Notes: generated by a model from the sequence alone, not told the origin. Shown: positions 18,884-28,835, numbered from the stretch's first letter. The stretch is DNA of 64,000 nucleotides from an uncultured Gemmatimonadaceae bacterium (GCA_963716745.1 OY970320.1:1664001-1728000); one strand, 5' to 3'. Made by a program: numbers and translations.

Positions 18884-19446
18884 TGGCCGCGCGGCGGTTT
18901 CGTGTGTACGGGCGTCGCCGTCGACTTGGCCGGACCGGAGGTCGCGCCGCCATGTCCCGCGGGCTGGCGCACCACGGTGGGAGGCGCCGCCGGATGCGCC
19001 GCCGGCTTCGGCGATGTGTGCACGATGAACGCCGGCGGCGGAGCGTTCCCGCCGAATGTCGCGGCGGCCGCCGGACTCGTAGCCGCCATCGTCGGATGGG
19101 GATCAGTCCGGATGTCGGGCGCCGCCGTCTCGTGCACCGAGAGCGGCGTGGTGGAGGCCGGCATCGACGACGATGCGTTCGCCGGAGGATTGCCCTGGCC
19201 CGGCGTCGCGACGCTCGCCGATGGCTGGTCGCCGAACACGACATGCGCATTCGCGGGACGGCGGCGTACCGCGGTCGCGCAGTCCGTCGGCGCCGGCTGG
19301 CGGTCCGCCGGCACACCGTCGATCCAGATGCGGCACATGCCCGCGGGCGGCTTGAAGCCCACCGGAACGCCCGATGACCCCGCCGCGCTTTGGGCGCCGG
19401 CAGGGCTCGCGATCAACAGGGAAAGGATCAGCCATCGACCAGACAT
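18880..19446 (-). CDS. Secreted Pro/Ala-rich protein with PPxGMCRIW..PAPTDC mini-domain
   Basis: Signal peptide AGA-Q; two-Cys domain; low-complexity tail; GAGGAG RBS. Confidence 0.75.
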   Translation of the reverse strand: MSGRWLILSLLIASPAGAQSAAGSSGVPVGFKPPAGMCRIWIDGVPADRQPAPTDCATAVRRRPANAHVVFGDQPSASVATPGQGNPPANASSSMPASTTPLSVHETAAPDIRTDPHPTMAATSPAAAATFGGNAPPPAFIVHTSPKPAAHPAAPPTVVRQPAGHGGATSGPAKSTATPVHTKPPRGH

Positions 19447-19529
19447 CGCAACTCCTCATTCGCCCGAGGTTCCGGGCACGCTCAAGCATACCCCGCGGAC
19501 TCGAAAAAGCGCCATACCTGGCGCCGACG

Positions 19530-19778
19530 TTACTTGCCGCCCTTCGCGCCCTGGCCGCCGGCCGCGATCCGGCTCAGGATCTCACCTGGGTCGGCGTGCC
19601 GGCCCAACTTGGACTTCTCGAAGATGGGCCGCCCGTCCATCGACACCTCGAATCGCCCGCCGCGCGAAGGGACCAGCTCCACCTCCGCCGCCGGGTACTT
19701 CGCTTTGATCTCCGCCGCCAGACCGGTGGCGCGAGGTTCGTAGTTTCAAACGGTGCAGTATTCGATCGAGATCTTCAC
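19530..19778 (-). CDS. Rdx/SelW/SelT/SelH family selenoprotein (82 aa, CxxU)
   Basis: Manual translation: MKISIEYCTV-U(TGA 19748-19746)-NYEPRATGLAAEIKAKYPAAEVELVPSRGGRFEVSMDGRPIFEKSKLGRHADPGEILSRI... The GRFEV..DG..IF.K..GR Rdx signature continues in frame after the TGA. Confidence 0.9.
19710..19735 (-). promoter_or_regulatory. Bacterial SECIS element
   Basis: About 10 nt after UGA: CUC-G-CGCCA-CCGGUC-UGGCG-GCG-GAG. The stem-loop has an apical GGUC, as in the fdhF-type SECIS. Confidence 0.75.
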
Positions 19779-19891
19779 GTCGCCCTGATCCGTTCAAGAA
19801 AGTGAGTTGGAAGGATGCGCCGAGCGTGCTTTGGATGCTACTCCGCGCCCACACGGCTCCCATGATACCCGTCGCGCAGCCAGGAGGGCTC

Positions 19892-20317
19892 ATGCGTGCC
19901 GGCCATACGCTTCCGGAATTGCTCGTCGTACTCACCATCACGGGGACGCTTACCGCCGTCGCCGCGCCACGCGTGCAACTCGCGCGCGACCAAGCCATCG
20001 TCCGCGACGGCGCCACCGAGATCGTGGCCACGCTCCGTGCGGCGCGTTCCGCCGCCCAGCGCCGTGACGCGCGCGCCGTGGTCGCCTTCGATACTGCGGC
20101 TGCCGCCGCCCGGCTCACGGTGGAGCACGACACTGTGCTCGTGCACCAATTCGGCGCCGAGCTCGGCGTCACCCTCGAAGCATCGCGCGACAGCGTGATC
20201 TACGGTCCGAGCGGCCGCGGCTATGGCGCCGCGAATACCACGTTGATAGTCCGTCGCGGAGCGGCGGCCGATACGGTGACGGTCTCGAGATTGGGGAGGG
20301 TACGACGAGCACATTGA
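19892..20317 (+). CDS. FimT/GspH-like minor pseudopilin
   Basis: AGGAGG RBS; class III leader MRAG|HTLPELLVVL (Glu+5); C-terminal VSRLGRVR. Confidence 0.8.
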   Translation: MRAGHTLPELLVVLTITGTLTAVAAPRVQLARDQAIVRDGATEIVATLRAARSAAQRRDARAVVAFDTAAAAARLTVEHDTVLVHQFGAELGVTLEASRDSVIYGPSGRGYGAANTTLIVRRGAAADTVTVSRLGRVRRAH

Positions 20318-20375
20318 AACTGCGGGCTGTCGGCTGTTGGCTGTCGCCTGCAACAGCCGACAGCCGACAGTCCGC
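20318..20375. repeat. (GGCTGTC)n palindromic element, copy A
   Basis: 20322-20375 matches 34251-34304 at 52/54 positions; begins with AACTGC directly after the pilin stop. Confidence 0.9.
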
Positions 20376-20383
20376 CGCTAGAT

Positions 20384-21532
20384 TCACGTCCCGAAATCGT
20401 ACCCCGGCACCGAGATCCGCGGGATCGGAGTCCCCAGCACCCTTTCGATCAATCGAACGGTGCCGATCTCGTCGGGGGACATGAGTGTGTACGCATCACC
20501 CGTTGCAGCCGCACGGCCGGTGCGGCCGATGCGATGCACGTAGTCCTCGGGTTGCGCGGGCACGTCGTAGTTGATCACGTGAGAGATGCCCGCGATGTCG
20601 AGGCCGCGCTGCGCGATGTCGGTGGCGACGAGCACCTTGGTCTTCCCGCTCTTGAACGACGCGAGCGCCGAGGTGCGCTGTCCCTGCGACTTGTCGGCGT
20701 GGAAGGCGTCGGCGTCGATCCCGGCCTTCTCGAGATGGCGCACCACGCGGTCGGCACCGTGCTTGGTGCGCGTGAATACGAGCACCGAATCCATGCCATC
20801 CTTCTTGAGCAGCTCCACGAGCAGCGCCGTCTTCCGTTCCTTCGGCACCGGGTACACCGCATGGGCCACGGTGTCCACCTTCTGCGTGCGCAGTCCCATC
20901 TGCACCACGATCGGCTTGCGCAGGTACTTCCGCGCGAGCGCCTCGACTTCGGCGACCATCGTCGCGCTGAAGAGCAGCGTCTGGCGGTACTTCGGGAGCT
21001 GCGCGACGATCTTGTTGATCTGCGGCGCGAAGCCCATGTCGAGCATGCGGTCCGCTTCGTCGAGCACGAGCACCTCGAGATCGTCGAACACCACATTTTG
21101 GCGCTCGAGATGATCGATGAGCCGGCCCGGCGTCGCGACCACCACGTCCACGCCGGCACGCAGCGCGCGTTCCTGCGGACCGAGCGGCACGCCGCCGTAC
21201 ACGTCCACGACCTTCAGGCCGCTGTGCTTGGCGTACTTGGTGAAGCTCTCCTTCACCTGCGCGCAGAGCTCGCGCGTCGGGGCGAGCACCAGGCAGCGGG
21301 CGCGGCGCGGGCCGCCCATGAGCCGTTGGATGAGTGGCAGCGTGAACGCCGCCGTCTTCCCCGTGCCGGTTTGCGCGAGGCCGATCACGTCGCGCCCCTG
21401 CAGGGCGAGCGGGATCGCGTTCTGCTGGATCGGCGTCGGGCGCTCGTATCCGGCATCCGCCACCGCCTTGAGCAGCGCCGGCGCGAGGCCGAGCGATGCG
21501 AAGGTGACGGCACTTTCAGTTGTCTCAGTCAT
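20384..21532 (-). CDS. rhlE: DEAD-box RNA helicase (RhlE-like)
   Basis: Q motif PTPIQ, AQTGTGKT, PTREL, DEAD, SAT, HRIGRTGR. Confidence 0.92.
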   Translation of the reverse strand: MTETTESAVTFASLGLAPALLKAVADAGYERPTPIQQNAIPLALQGRDVIGLAQTGTGKTAAFTLPLIQRLMGGPRRARCLVLAPTRELCAQVKESFTKYAKHSGLKVVDVYGGVPLGPQERALRAGVDVVVATPGRLIDHLERQNVVFDDLEVLVLDEADRMLDMGFAPQINKIVAQLPKYRQTLLFSATMVAEVEALARKYLRKPIVVQMGLRTQKVDTVAHAVYPVPKERKTALLVELLKKDGMDSVLVFTRTKHGADRVVRHLEKAGIDADAFHADKSQGQRTSALASFKSGKTKVLVATDIAQRGLDIAGISHVINYDVPAQPEDYVHRIGRTGRAAATGDAYTLMSPDEIGTVRLIERVLGTPIPRISVPGYDFGT

Positions 21533-21791
21533 TTCACTCTCACGGTGCCGTGGTCGCTCGCCAAGCCGCTCACGCGGCGCTGCGCCGGCACTCGATTATT
21601 CCGCCGCGGCGCATTTGCGACGCGGCATCCGCCAAGATCCAATCGTATGAACGAGGATTCGTGCGGTCCAGCGACCTGAGGCACTCTCATATCCCCGCTC
21701 CGCGTTTGCGGGCGGCCTGCGCGAGTGCGGCGAACGCAGTCTTCAGCTCGATTCGAGCTTGGGTAATGTAACCGGTGGACGGCTTGCGGCG

Positions 21792-22667
21792 CTACGGCGC
21801 GAGGAAATCGACCATCGCGCGGTTGGTCGGATCGGGCGCTTCTTCGTTCACCACATGTCCGGCGCCCTCGATCAAGACCACCCGGGCATTCGGCATCTGC
21901 GCCGCAACACGTTCGGCGCGGTCCGCGGTGACGATCCGCTCTTCGGTGCCACCGATGATCAGCACGGGCATGGAGAATCGCGCGAGCTGCTCGGGAGCCA
22001 GCATGCGCCAGTCGAACCGGCGCAATAGCGATGACAGCGCGCGCAGGGCGTTTGGATCGCTCGTCGGCGCGTAGTACTCATCGATATCCCGATCGGTCGG
22101 CTCGGCCAGTGAGCCATAAGCGCGCCGCAGCACCGCGCGGAACGTCCATCGCGAAATGAGCGCTTCGACCACGCCGAACGACCGCAGCGGAAGCCACTGG
22201 GCGAGATGCACATGGTTCACGCGTCCCACACCCACCGCGCCGATCAGCACCAGCCGCTCCACTCGCGACGGCGCGTCGAGTGCCATCTGTGCGGCGATCT
22301 TCCCCGCCATGCTCTGCCCCACGAGGCGCACGCTCCGGAGCTCCAGCGCGTCCAATACCTCGAGCGCATGCGCGGTCATCGACGGCAGTGTGTACTCAGC
22401 GGGATCGGACGGCTTGTCGCTGAGACCCTGCCCCTTGAGGTCCACCGCGATCACACGCATCCCCGCGGCCGCCAACGCCGGAATGTTGTTCCGGTAGGCG
22501 TACACGCAGCCGCCCCAGCCGGTGAGCAGCACAACGGGAGGCCCGCTCGCGGGGCCGGACTCGACCACTCGCACACGCACGCCCGACGTGGTCTTGATGT
22601 AGCGCGCCGCTACGCCGCCGATTCCGGCGGGGTACATCTCGGATGAACTGAGCCGAGCATCGTTCAT
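21792..22667 (-). CDS. Alpha/beta hydrolase
   Basis: DLKGQGLS, GQSMAG nucleophile elbow, AGHVV. Start may be 22685. Confidence 0.85.
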   Translation of the reverse strand: MNDARLSSSEMYPAGIGGVAARYIKTTSGVRVRVVESGPASGPPVVLLTGWGGCVYAYRNNIPALAAAGMRVIAVDLKGQGLSDKPSDPAEYTLPSMTAHALEVLDALELRSVRLVGQSMAGKIAAQMALDAPSRVERLVLIGAVGVGRVNHVHLAQWLPLRSFGVVEALISRWTFRAVLRRAYGSLAEPTDRDIDEYYAPTSDPNALRALSSLLRRFDWRMLAPEQLARFSMPVLIIGGTEERIVTADRAERVAAQMPNARVVLIEGAGHVVNEEAPDPTNRAMVDFLAP

Positions 22668-22713
22668 GGGGCGGTATCGACGCACGACTCACGACTCACG
22701 CCGTACAGGCAGT

Positions 22714-23835
22714 TCACCCTACGTCGATCCCTCTCCCCGCGTACCGCCCGATGAGCCCCAGCCGGAAGGTGACGTTCGCCAGACGGTCCTCGGCGGTCGC
22801 GTGCGGCTCGAGCGGGAAGCTCGGCCACACGAACGGATTGTTCGACCGCATGAGCGCCGCGCGCTTGGGCGGCTCCCACACGCCGCGGCTGTCGCAGTCG
22901 TCGAGGAATCGCTCGAAGAGCTTCGTCCAGTTCTCGTTCCGGCGAAGGAAGCCGAGTCGCGAGAGTGTTTCGAGCCACCAAAGCGCGGCCGGAGTGTCCG
23001 CGTCGGCGGCGTTGCGGTGCGGGAGCGGGTCGCCCATCACGAGATGGGGCATCTCCAGCACCTTGCGGCCGACGCGCATCGCCGCGGTGGCGCGCGGCAC
23101 CGGCTGCATCAGATAGTTGTATAAGCGGTCGAGCGTACCATAGTGCTCGCTCCGGAAGAGCGGCATGTGCGCGAGCATCGTGAGCATGTGCACCGACGGC
23201 GGCGCGGCCTCGGGCACGAGCACATGCTGGTTGCCCACGCGCGCGAACGGCTTCGCGGCGTGCGGGCTGCGCAAGAAGATGTCGAGGCGCTCGATCAGGC
23301 GGCGCGCCGCGCCGCGAAGCCGCGGGTCGCTCTCGTAGCCCGCCTGTGCGAGCACGCCGGCCGCGGCCTCGCGCAGGATGCCACGCCCCACGCGAGTCGC
23401 GTCAGGGTCGACTTTTCCCTTTGGCGCCAACTCGTACAGGAATGCCGGATCTTCATCTTCGGCGAGCAACCGGAACAGCGCGCGACGCGCGAGCAGGAGC
23501 GGCGGGGAGTCCTTGTCCCACCCATATTCGATCAGCCGGCGCACGGCGATGATCGTGCCGATGCCATCGTGCGGCTCGGACCGTGCGGCGGGCACCGACA
23601 GCATCTCGCCATTCCACGTGCCATCGGGACGTTGCGTGAGCGCGAGGCGGATTGCGGGCGGATACGAGTATGGCAGGATCGAGAGACGCTGCGGCTCCGT
23701 CAACGATCCTCGCGCAACCTCTGTAATGGCGCGATACTGTATCGGTACTGAAGCATTCTCAAGAAGCCAGCTCAGCGGGAACTTCACGCTCGCGGGCTCG
23801 ACTACCTCGGGCCTGACAGGCAGAGGCGGGGACAT
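22714..23835 (-). CDS. Hypothetical alpha-helical protein (prenyltransferase/squalene-oxidase repeat-like)
   Basis: WLLE..PIQYR, QRPDGTW, GYESDPRL. Start uncertain. Confidence 0.6.
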   Translation of the reverse strand: MSPPLPVRPEVVEPASVKFPLSWLLENASVPIQYRAITEVARGSLTEPQRLSILPYSYPPAIRLALTQRPDGTWNGEMLSVPAARSEPHDGIGTIIAVRRLIEYGWDKDSPPLLLARRALFRLLAEDEDPAFLYELAPKGKVDPDATRVGRGILREAAAGVLAQAGYESDPRLRGAARRLIERLDIFLRSPHAAKPFARVGNQHVLVPEAAPPSVHMLTMLAHMPLFRSEHYGTLDRLYNYLMQPVPRATAAMRVGRKVLEMPHLVMGDPLPHRNAADADTPAALWWLETLSRLGFLRRNENWTKLFERFLDDCDSRGVWEPPKRAALMRSNNPFVWPSFPLEPHATAEDRLANVTFRLGLIGRYAGRGIDVG

Positions 23836-24057
23836 CGGCAGGGTCAAGGAACCCTCTGTTTTGCGATTAAGTCGTTGTCCTGCAACACGATAAGTCAATC
23901 ATCGTGACAATTCCATCGTTGCGGGGAAGGATAGCACGTTTTGGCACAAACGCTAGTGCCTCTTAACGTTGGGACGGGTGCTCCGTCTCACTGAACAGCA
24001 TTCATCGGTTTTGGTGCATGGGACGTACAGCAGCACGGGCATTAACGGAGAGAGGAC

Positions 24058-24576
24058 ATGAAGCGCATCGTTTCGATGGTGATCACCGCCGCGATCGCCG
24101 CGGCTGGCGCGACGCCGCTCGCGGCACAGACCGCGGCGCCGCAGACCGCGGCTCCGCAGACTTCGGCGCCGACCACCGCGCGCTCGCATCGGCACGGCGG
24201 GCAAGGCGGGTATCAGTGGCAGCGCGTGGGCGCGAATTCCTGGTACCGCGGGCCTGGACGAGCTGGCCGCCGGCCATCGGCCATGGGCAATCGGTACGGC
24301 GCGGGCATGCGCGCCGGCCGCGCGAGCTATGGCCGTGCGAGCTACGGCCGCGCCGGTTACGGTCGTGCCGGCTACAATCGCGCGAGCTATCGCCGCATGA
24401 ACTACAACGCGATGCGCTCTGGCCGCATGAATCGCGGCTACGCGCGCCCGCGCGGCGGCCGGATGAACTATCGCGGCATGAACTACGGCCGGCGCGGTAT
24501 GAATTACGGCCGCACGGGCCGCGGCGGAATGCCGCCCCGCGCGCGCGGAAATCGAAACTATCGCGGCGTGATCTAA
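24058..24576 (+). CDS. Secreted Arg/Gly/Tyr low-complexity repeat protein
   Basis: GAGAGG RBS, signal peptide, QTAAP repeats, GRASY/GRAGY/RMNY repeats. Confidence 0.75.
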   Translation: MKRIVSMVITAAIAAAGATPLAAQTAAPQTAAPQTSAPTTARSHRHGGQGGYQWQRVGANSWYRGPGRAGRRPSAMGNRYGAGMRAGRASYGRASYGRAGYGRAGYNRASYRRMNYNAMRSGRMNRGYARPRGGRMNYRGMNYGRRGMNYGRTGRGGMPPRARGNRNYRGVI

Positions 24577-24604
24577 CGCCCACGTAGTTCGCCCGAGCGC
24601 CAAA

Positions 24605-24648
24605 CGCCGAGAGCCGAGACCCGCAGTTGGGGTCTCGGCTCTCTCCGC
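24605..24648. repeat. Short (CCGAGAG/C) heptamer hairpin
   Basis: GAGAGCCGAGACCC pairs with GGGTCTCGGCTCTC. Confidence 0.65.
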
Positions 24649-24702
24649 TTGTGCCCCCCAAAGTCCGGGCCCATCTTCCGAGAATCACCCCCGGACGAGA
24701 GC

Positions 24703-26763
24703 ATGATCAAGAGTCTCCTCACCCGTCCCGTCTCGAAAGTACCCGACCGGATGCGATTCGACGGCCGCGTGCTCTTCCTCACGTCCGACCCGTCGCTGAT
24801 GAAGCGGCAACTCGAGGGTGAGGATCTCGCCTACACGTTGTCCGACCACACGCCGGTAGTCCTCCGCGACAACATCTCGACCGACGAGATCACGCCGGCC
24901 TACATCTGCTACTACTTCGACGAGACGCTGGGTGAATTCCCGTACCTCGGCCTCAAGTGCGGCGAGGAGTTCCCCGTCACGCGCGGCTCCGTGAAGAAAG
25001 GCGGATTCGTCGCGAGCGTCTCGGGCAAGCGCCGCGGGAAGGGATCGTCGCGCGAGCAGTCGCCGTACGCCGAGATGATGGCGGGGATCAAGCTGGTGAT
25101 CGCCGAGAACATCGAGCGCATCTACCGCGAGAACTGCCAGAATCTGGGCGTCTTCGCGAGCACCGATTTCGGGCTGATCGAGCGCGTGCGCCGCGGCGAG
25201 GAGATCCCGCTCACCGAGTTCACGAAGGGCGAGGGCGGGATCACGCGCGGGATCATCGAGTACGGCGGGCTGTTCAACTACAATGTTGCGCGGCTGCAGG
25301 GAAAAGTGGCCGTGCCCGAGATCACGACGAAGCCGCGGCCGATGACGATCGCGGAGAAGATCTTCGCGAAGCATTGGGTGCGCGACGCGGCCTCGGGCAA
25401 GACTGGCGTTCCCGCCGTGCGGCCCGGCGACGAGGGGTTCGTGCAAACCGACATCCGCTTCAGCCACGAGTACGTGACGCCCATGTCGGCGATCTTCTTC
25501 GAGGAGCTGGTCGGCAAGGATGAGCCGGTCAACGACCCGTCGTCCGTGTTCTTCTTCCGCGACCATCTCACCTTCCTCGACCAGGTGATGCGGCCGGAGC
25601 ACGTCGAGATGGGGCTGCTCGACGTCGCGAACCAGCTCGAGAAGAAGCAGCGCGAGTTCGCCGCGGCCAAAGGGATCAAGCTCTACGGCCAGCTCGACAA
25701 GCGGCTGAACCTCATGGGCGCGCTCAACTCGGCCGGCTCCGAGGCGATCTGCCACTAGCAAGATCCTCGAGGCGCACGCGCTGCCCGGGCAGATCATCAT
25801 CGGCAGCGACTCGCACACGCCGCACGCGGGCGCGGTGGGCTGCATCGCCTTCGGCGTGGGCACCACGGCGATCTTCAATTCTTGGATCACGAGAGACGTG
25901 CGCGTCGAGGTGCCGAAGTCGTTCAAGGTGCTGGTGCGCGGCAAGAAGCCCGCGAACGTCACGGCGAAGGATTTCATGCTCGAGATCCTGCGCCACCCGT
26001 ACATCAAGAACGGCGAGGCGATCGGCCAGATCGTGGAGTACGCGGGCGAGGCGGTGCAGGCGCTCTCGGTGGACGAGCGCGCGACGATGACCAACATGGC
26101 GGCCGAGGTGGGCGCGTTCACGGGGATCATCGCGCCGGACGAGAAGACCGTGGAGTATCTGGTGGCGCAGCGCGGGATGACGGCCGCGGCCGCGCGCGCG
26201 CTGTGCGACGGGCTCTTCTCGGACGCCGGCGCGGAGTACGTGAAGGTGATCGAGATCGATGCGGGGCAGTTGCGGCCGATGATCGCGCTGCCCGGGCGAC
26301 CCCGGCAACGGCATGTACGTCGACGAGCTCGAGGGCGACGTGAAGGTGGACATCGCCTACGCGGGGTCGTGCACCGCCGGCAAGAAAGAGGACATGGACA
26401 TGTACGCACGCGTGTTCCGCGAGGCGCTGGAGCGCGGAGAGCGTGTGCACCCGGACGTGCAGTGCTTCATCCAGTGCGGCTCGCAGGAAGTGTTCGCGTA
26501 CTGCGCGAGACGCGGCTACGACAAGATCGTTCGCCGACGTGGGCGCGACGTTCATCGAGCCGAGCTGCGGCGCGTGCATCAACGCCGGCCCCGGCGTGTC
26601 GCGCACGAAGACCGAGGTCACGATCTCCGCGATCAACCGGAATTTCCCCGGACGCTCGGGCCCCGGTCAGTTGTATCTGGCCTCGCCGTACACCGTGGCG
26701 GCATCCGCGATCGCGGGGAAGATCGTGGAGTGGGAAGGCGAGCGTCAGCTGGCAAGGACTTGA
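24703..26763 (+). CDS. Aconitase-family dehydratase, fused swivel (LeuD-like) + [4Fe-4S] (LeuC-like) domains; three +1 frameshifts (~25756, ~26296, ~26529)
   Basis: NISTDEITP, GKGSSREQ, DSHT, GSCT, PSCGAC, INRNFPGR, YLASP spread over successive frames. Confidence 0.88.
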
Positions 26764-27581
26764 GAGGGGAATTCGTCGAAGTCGCCGGCGCGCGGCTGTA
26801 CTACTACGCGGCCGGCACGCGTGGCGCCGGCGACACGATCATCTTCCTGCACGGATTCCCCGCCTCGTCACATCTCTGGCGCGATGTGGTGCCGCACATT
26901 CCCGCCGGTCATCGCTCGGTGGTGGTCGACCTGCTCGGCTACGGGCGCAGCGACCGTCCCGCGGATCGCGATCTGTCGATTGCCGGCCACGCCGCGCGCG
27001 TGCTCGCGTTCATGGACGCGATGCACATGGCGAGTGCGGCGGTCGTCGGGCACGATCTCGGCGGCGGGATCGCGCAGCATCTCGCCGTGCATCATCCCGA
27101 TCGCGTGTCGCGCCTCGCACTCATCGCATCGGTGGGCTTCGACGAATGGCCGCCCGGCGCGCTCAAGACGAATTCCGGAATTGCGATCGCGAAGCGGCTT
27201 CCGGCGAAACCAATGATGGCGATGTTGCGCCGCGCGCTGAAAGGCGCGTACGAGGAGCAGGAGCGTGGCGCGCATTCCACCGACATGTACCTTCGCACGT
27301 TCGAGGCGCCGGGCGGGCGAGAAGCGCTCGTGTCGCACGTTGGCGCGCTGGACTGCGCGGAGACAGAGGCACTCGTGCCGGGCTTGAAGAAGCTCAAGAT
27401 CCCGACCGCGATCATCTGGGGCGAGGACGATCCGTTCCTGCCGCTCTCGATCGGCATGCGCCTGGAGCAGACGATCCCGAGGGCGACGCTGAGTGTTTTG
27501 CCCGGTGTCATGCACTATCCACCGGAGACGGCGCCCGAGACGGTGGCGAAGCTCCTCGCGCCTTGGCTGGCTCGGAGCTGA
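26760..27581 (+). CDS. Alpha/beta hydrolase with Asp nucleophile (epoxide hydrolase/dehalogenase-like)
   Basis: TTG start overlapping the upstream TGA (MRGEFVEV..); HGFP, GHDLGG, WGEDD, MHY. Confidence 0.85.
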   Translation: MRGEFVEVAGARLYYYAAGTRGAGDTIIFLHGFPASSHLWRDVVPHIPAGHRSVVVDLLGYGRSDRPADRDLSIAGHAARVLAFMDAMHMASAAVVGHDLGGGIAQHLAVHHPDRVSRLALIASVGFDEWPPGALKTNSGIAIAKRLPAKPMMAMLRRALKGAYEEQERGAHSTDMYLRTFEAPGGREALVSHVGALDCAETEALVPGLKKLKIPTAIIWGEDDPFLPLSIGMRLEQTIPRATLSVLPGVMHYPPETAPETVAKLLAPWLARS

Positions 27582-27584
27582 TAC

Positions 27585-27677
27585 TGCAGACCTGAGACGC
27601 TAGACCTAGACGTTAGACTGCTCCCGCCGTTGCAGACGCCTTCTAGCGTCTAGGTCTAGCGTCTAGGTCTGCGGTTC
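27585..27677. repeat. (CTAGACG/C)n palindromic element, copy A
   Basis: 27641-27677 is the exact reverse complement of 30763-30799 (37 bp). Confidence 0.9.
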
Positions 27678-27680
27678 TGA

Positions 27681-28835
27681 CTATCGCTCCTTCAACGCTG
27701 CAATGGTGTATGCGCTCCGCGGGTTCCATAGCAACCAGCCCATCACGCCCGCATGATACCCCGCCTCTATCTGGGCGCGGACCTCGGTCACGCCGTAGCG
27801 CGGCGGACCGAGGGTGAAGTCCTGGTACCAGGGGCGCACCGTGGCCGCGTTCGCGACGCCGACGCTCCGGCGCTTGGCATCGCTCAGGCCGCGCGCGATC
27901 ACGACGCTCGGATGCGCGTTGGGAACGCTCAGTCCGTACATCCCCGGGCGATAGTGCGACGGGTACATCATCGGCAGGATGACATCCACCGCGTTCACCG
28001 TGGTCTCCCAGCGCTGGCCGATGGCCATGCCGGTGGTGTCGGTGGTGGTGAGGCCGAACACGTCGGCGGTGACGGGCACATCCATCCCGCGAAGGCGCGT
28101 GCGGAGCATCGAGAGCTGCGCGTGGATCACCTGGTCGCGCGTGCGGCCAGCCGCGAGCGGGAACGCTGCCTCGCGCTGCAATCGCGATTCGTCGGGGAAG
28201 CGCACGTAATCGAACTGCACTTCACTGAAGCCGAGCTGCACGGCTTCGCATGCGAGATCGGCGGCGTAGCGCCACGGTCCATCCTGATGCGGATCGAGCC
28301 ACGGCTTCCCCTGCTTGTCGTGCCACGGACGCGTCGTGTCGGCGCGCGAGCGGATCGCCCATACGGGCCGCGCCACGGCGAGGATCGGATCCTTCACGAC
28401 GACGATGCGCGCGATGGGGTAGATCCCGAGCGCGCGCATGGTGTCGAGCGCGGCGCGGATGCGTTCGGCGCGCATCGGGCGATTGGTGTCGGCGCCGATC
28501 GCGCGCGCGAGCGGCACTTGCGAGCGGTACAGCACGAAGCCGCGGTCGTCCTTCACATCGATCACGAGCGCGTTGATCTCGGTGCGCGCGGCGACCGCGA
28601 TGAGATCGTTGAGGCGTGTGCCGATCGCGGCCCAGCGATTCACGTAAAGACCGCGTACGGGATCGGGCATGGCGACGAGCGGCGGCAGCGGGCGCGCGAT
28701 CGAATCGGGGCCGGGTGCGCGCGGCGCCGGGCAGTACCGCGCGACCGCCGGCGTAGCCGCGGGTCGCGCCGCCGTTTGTGCCAGCAGCGCGAGCGGGAAT
28801 GCCGCCACCAGTACGGACGCCGATCGGCAGGCCAT
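27681..28835 (-). CDS. Putative glycoside hydrolase (DUF4015-like), secreted
   Basis: NALVIDVKDD, QFDYVRFP, MMYPSHY, RPWYQDF, LLWNP. Confidence 0.85.
   Translation of the reverse strand: MACRSASVLVAAFPLALLAQTAARPAATPAVARYCPAPRAPGPDSIARPLPPLVAMPDPVRGLYVNRWAAIGTRLNDLIAVAARTEINALVIDVKDDRGFVLYRSQVPLARAIGADTNRPMRAERIRAALDTMRALGIYPIARIVVVKDPILAVARPVWAIRSRADTTRPWHDKQGKPWLDPHQDGPWRYAADLACEAVQLGFSEVQFDYVRFPDESRLQREAAFPLAAGRTRDQVIHAQLSMLRTRLRGMDVPVTADVFGLTTTDTTGMAIGQRWETTVNAVDVILPMMYPSHYRPGMYGLSVPNAHPSVVIARGLSDAKRRSVGVANAATVRPWYQDFTLGPPRYGVTEVRAQIEAGYHAGVMGWLLWNPRSAYTIAALKER

Noticed and set aside
21620..21790. 6S RNA candidate
   Set aside because: I could not find the long terminal stem and central bubble. 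Kept only as an unexplained spacer.
23941..23960. Sigma54 promoter (TGGCAC) upstream of the RG-rich gene
   Set aside because: The -12 TTGC element is missing at the required spacing.
25756..25758. In-frame TAG in the aconitase as possible pyrrolysine or readthrough
   Set aside because: Homology continues in a different frame, so it is an inserted base.
26313..27581. Apparent aconitase-fragment/hydrolase fusion ORF (422 aa)
   Set aside because: Artefact of the +1 frameshifts. The aconitase ends at 26763 and the hydrolase starts at TTG 26760.
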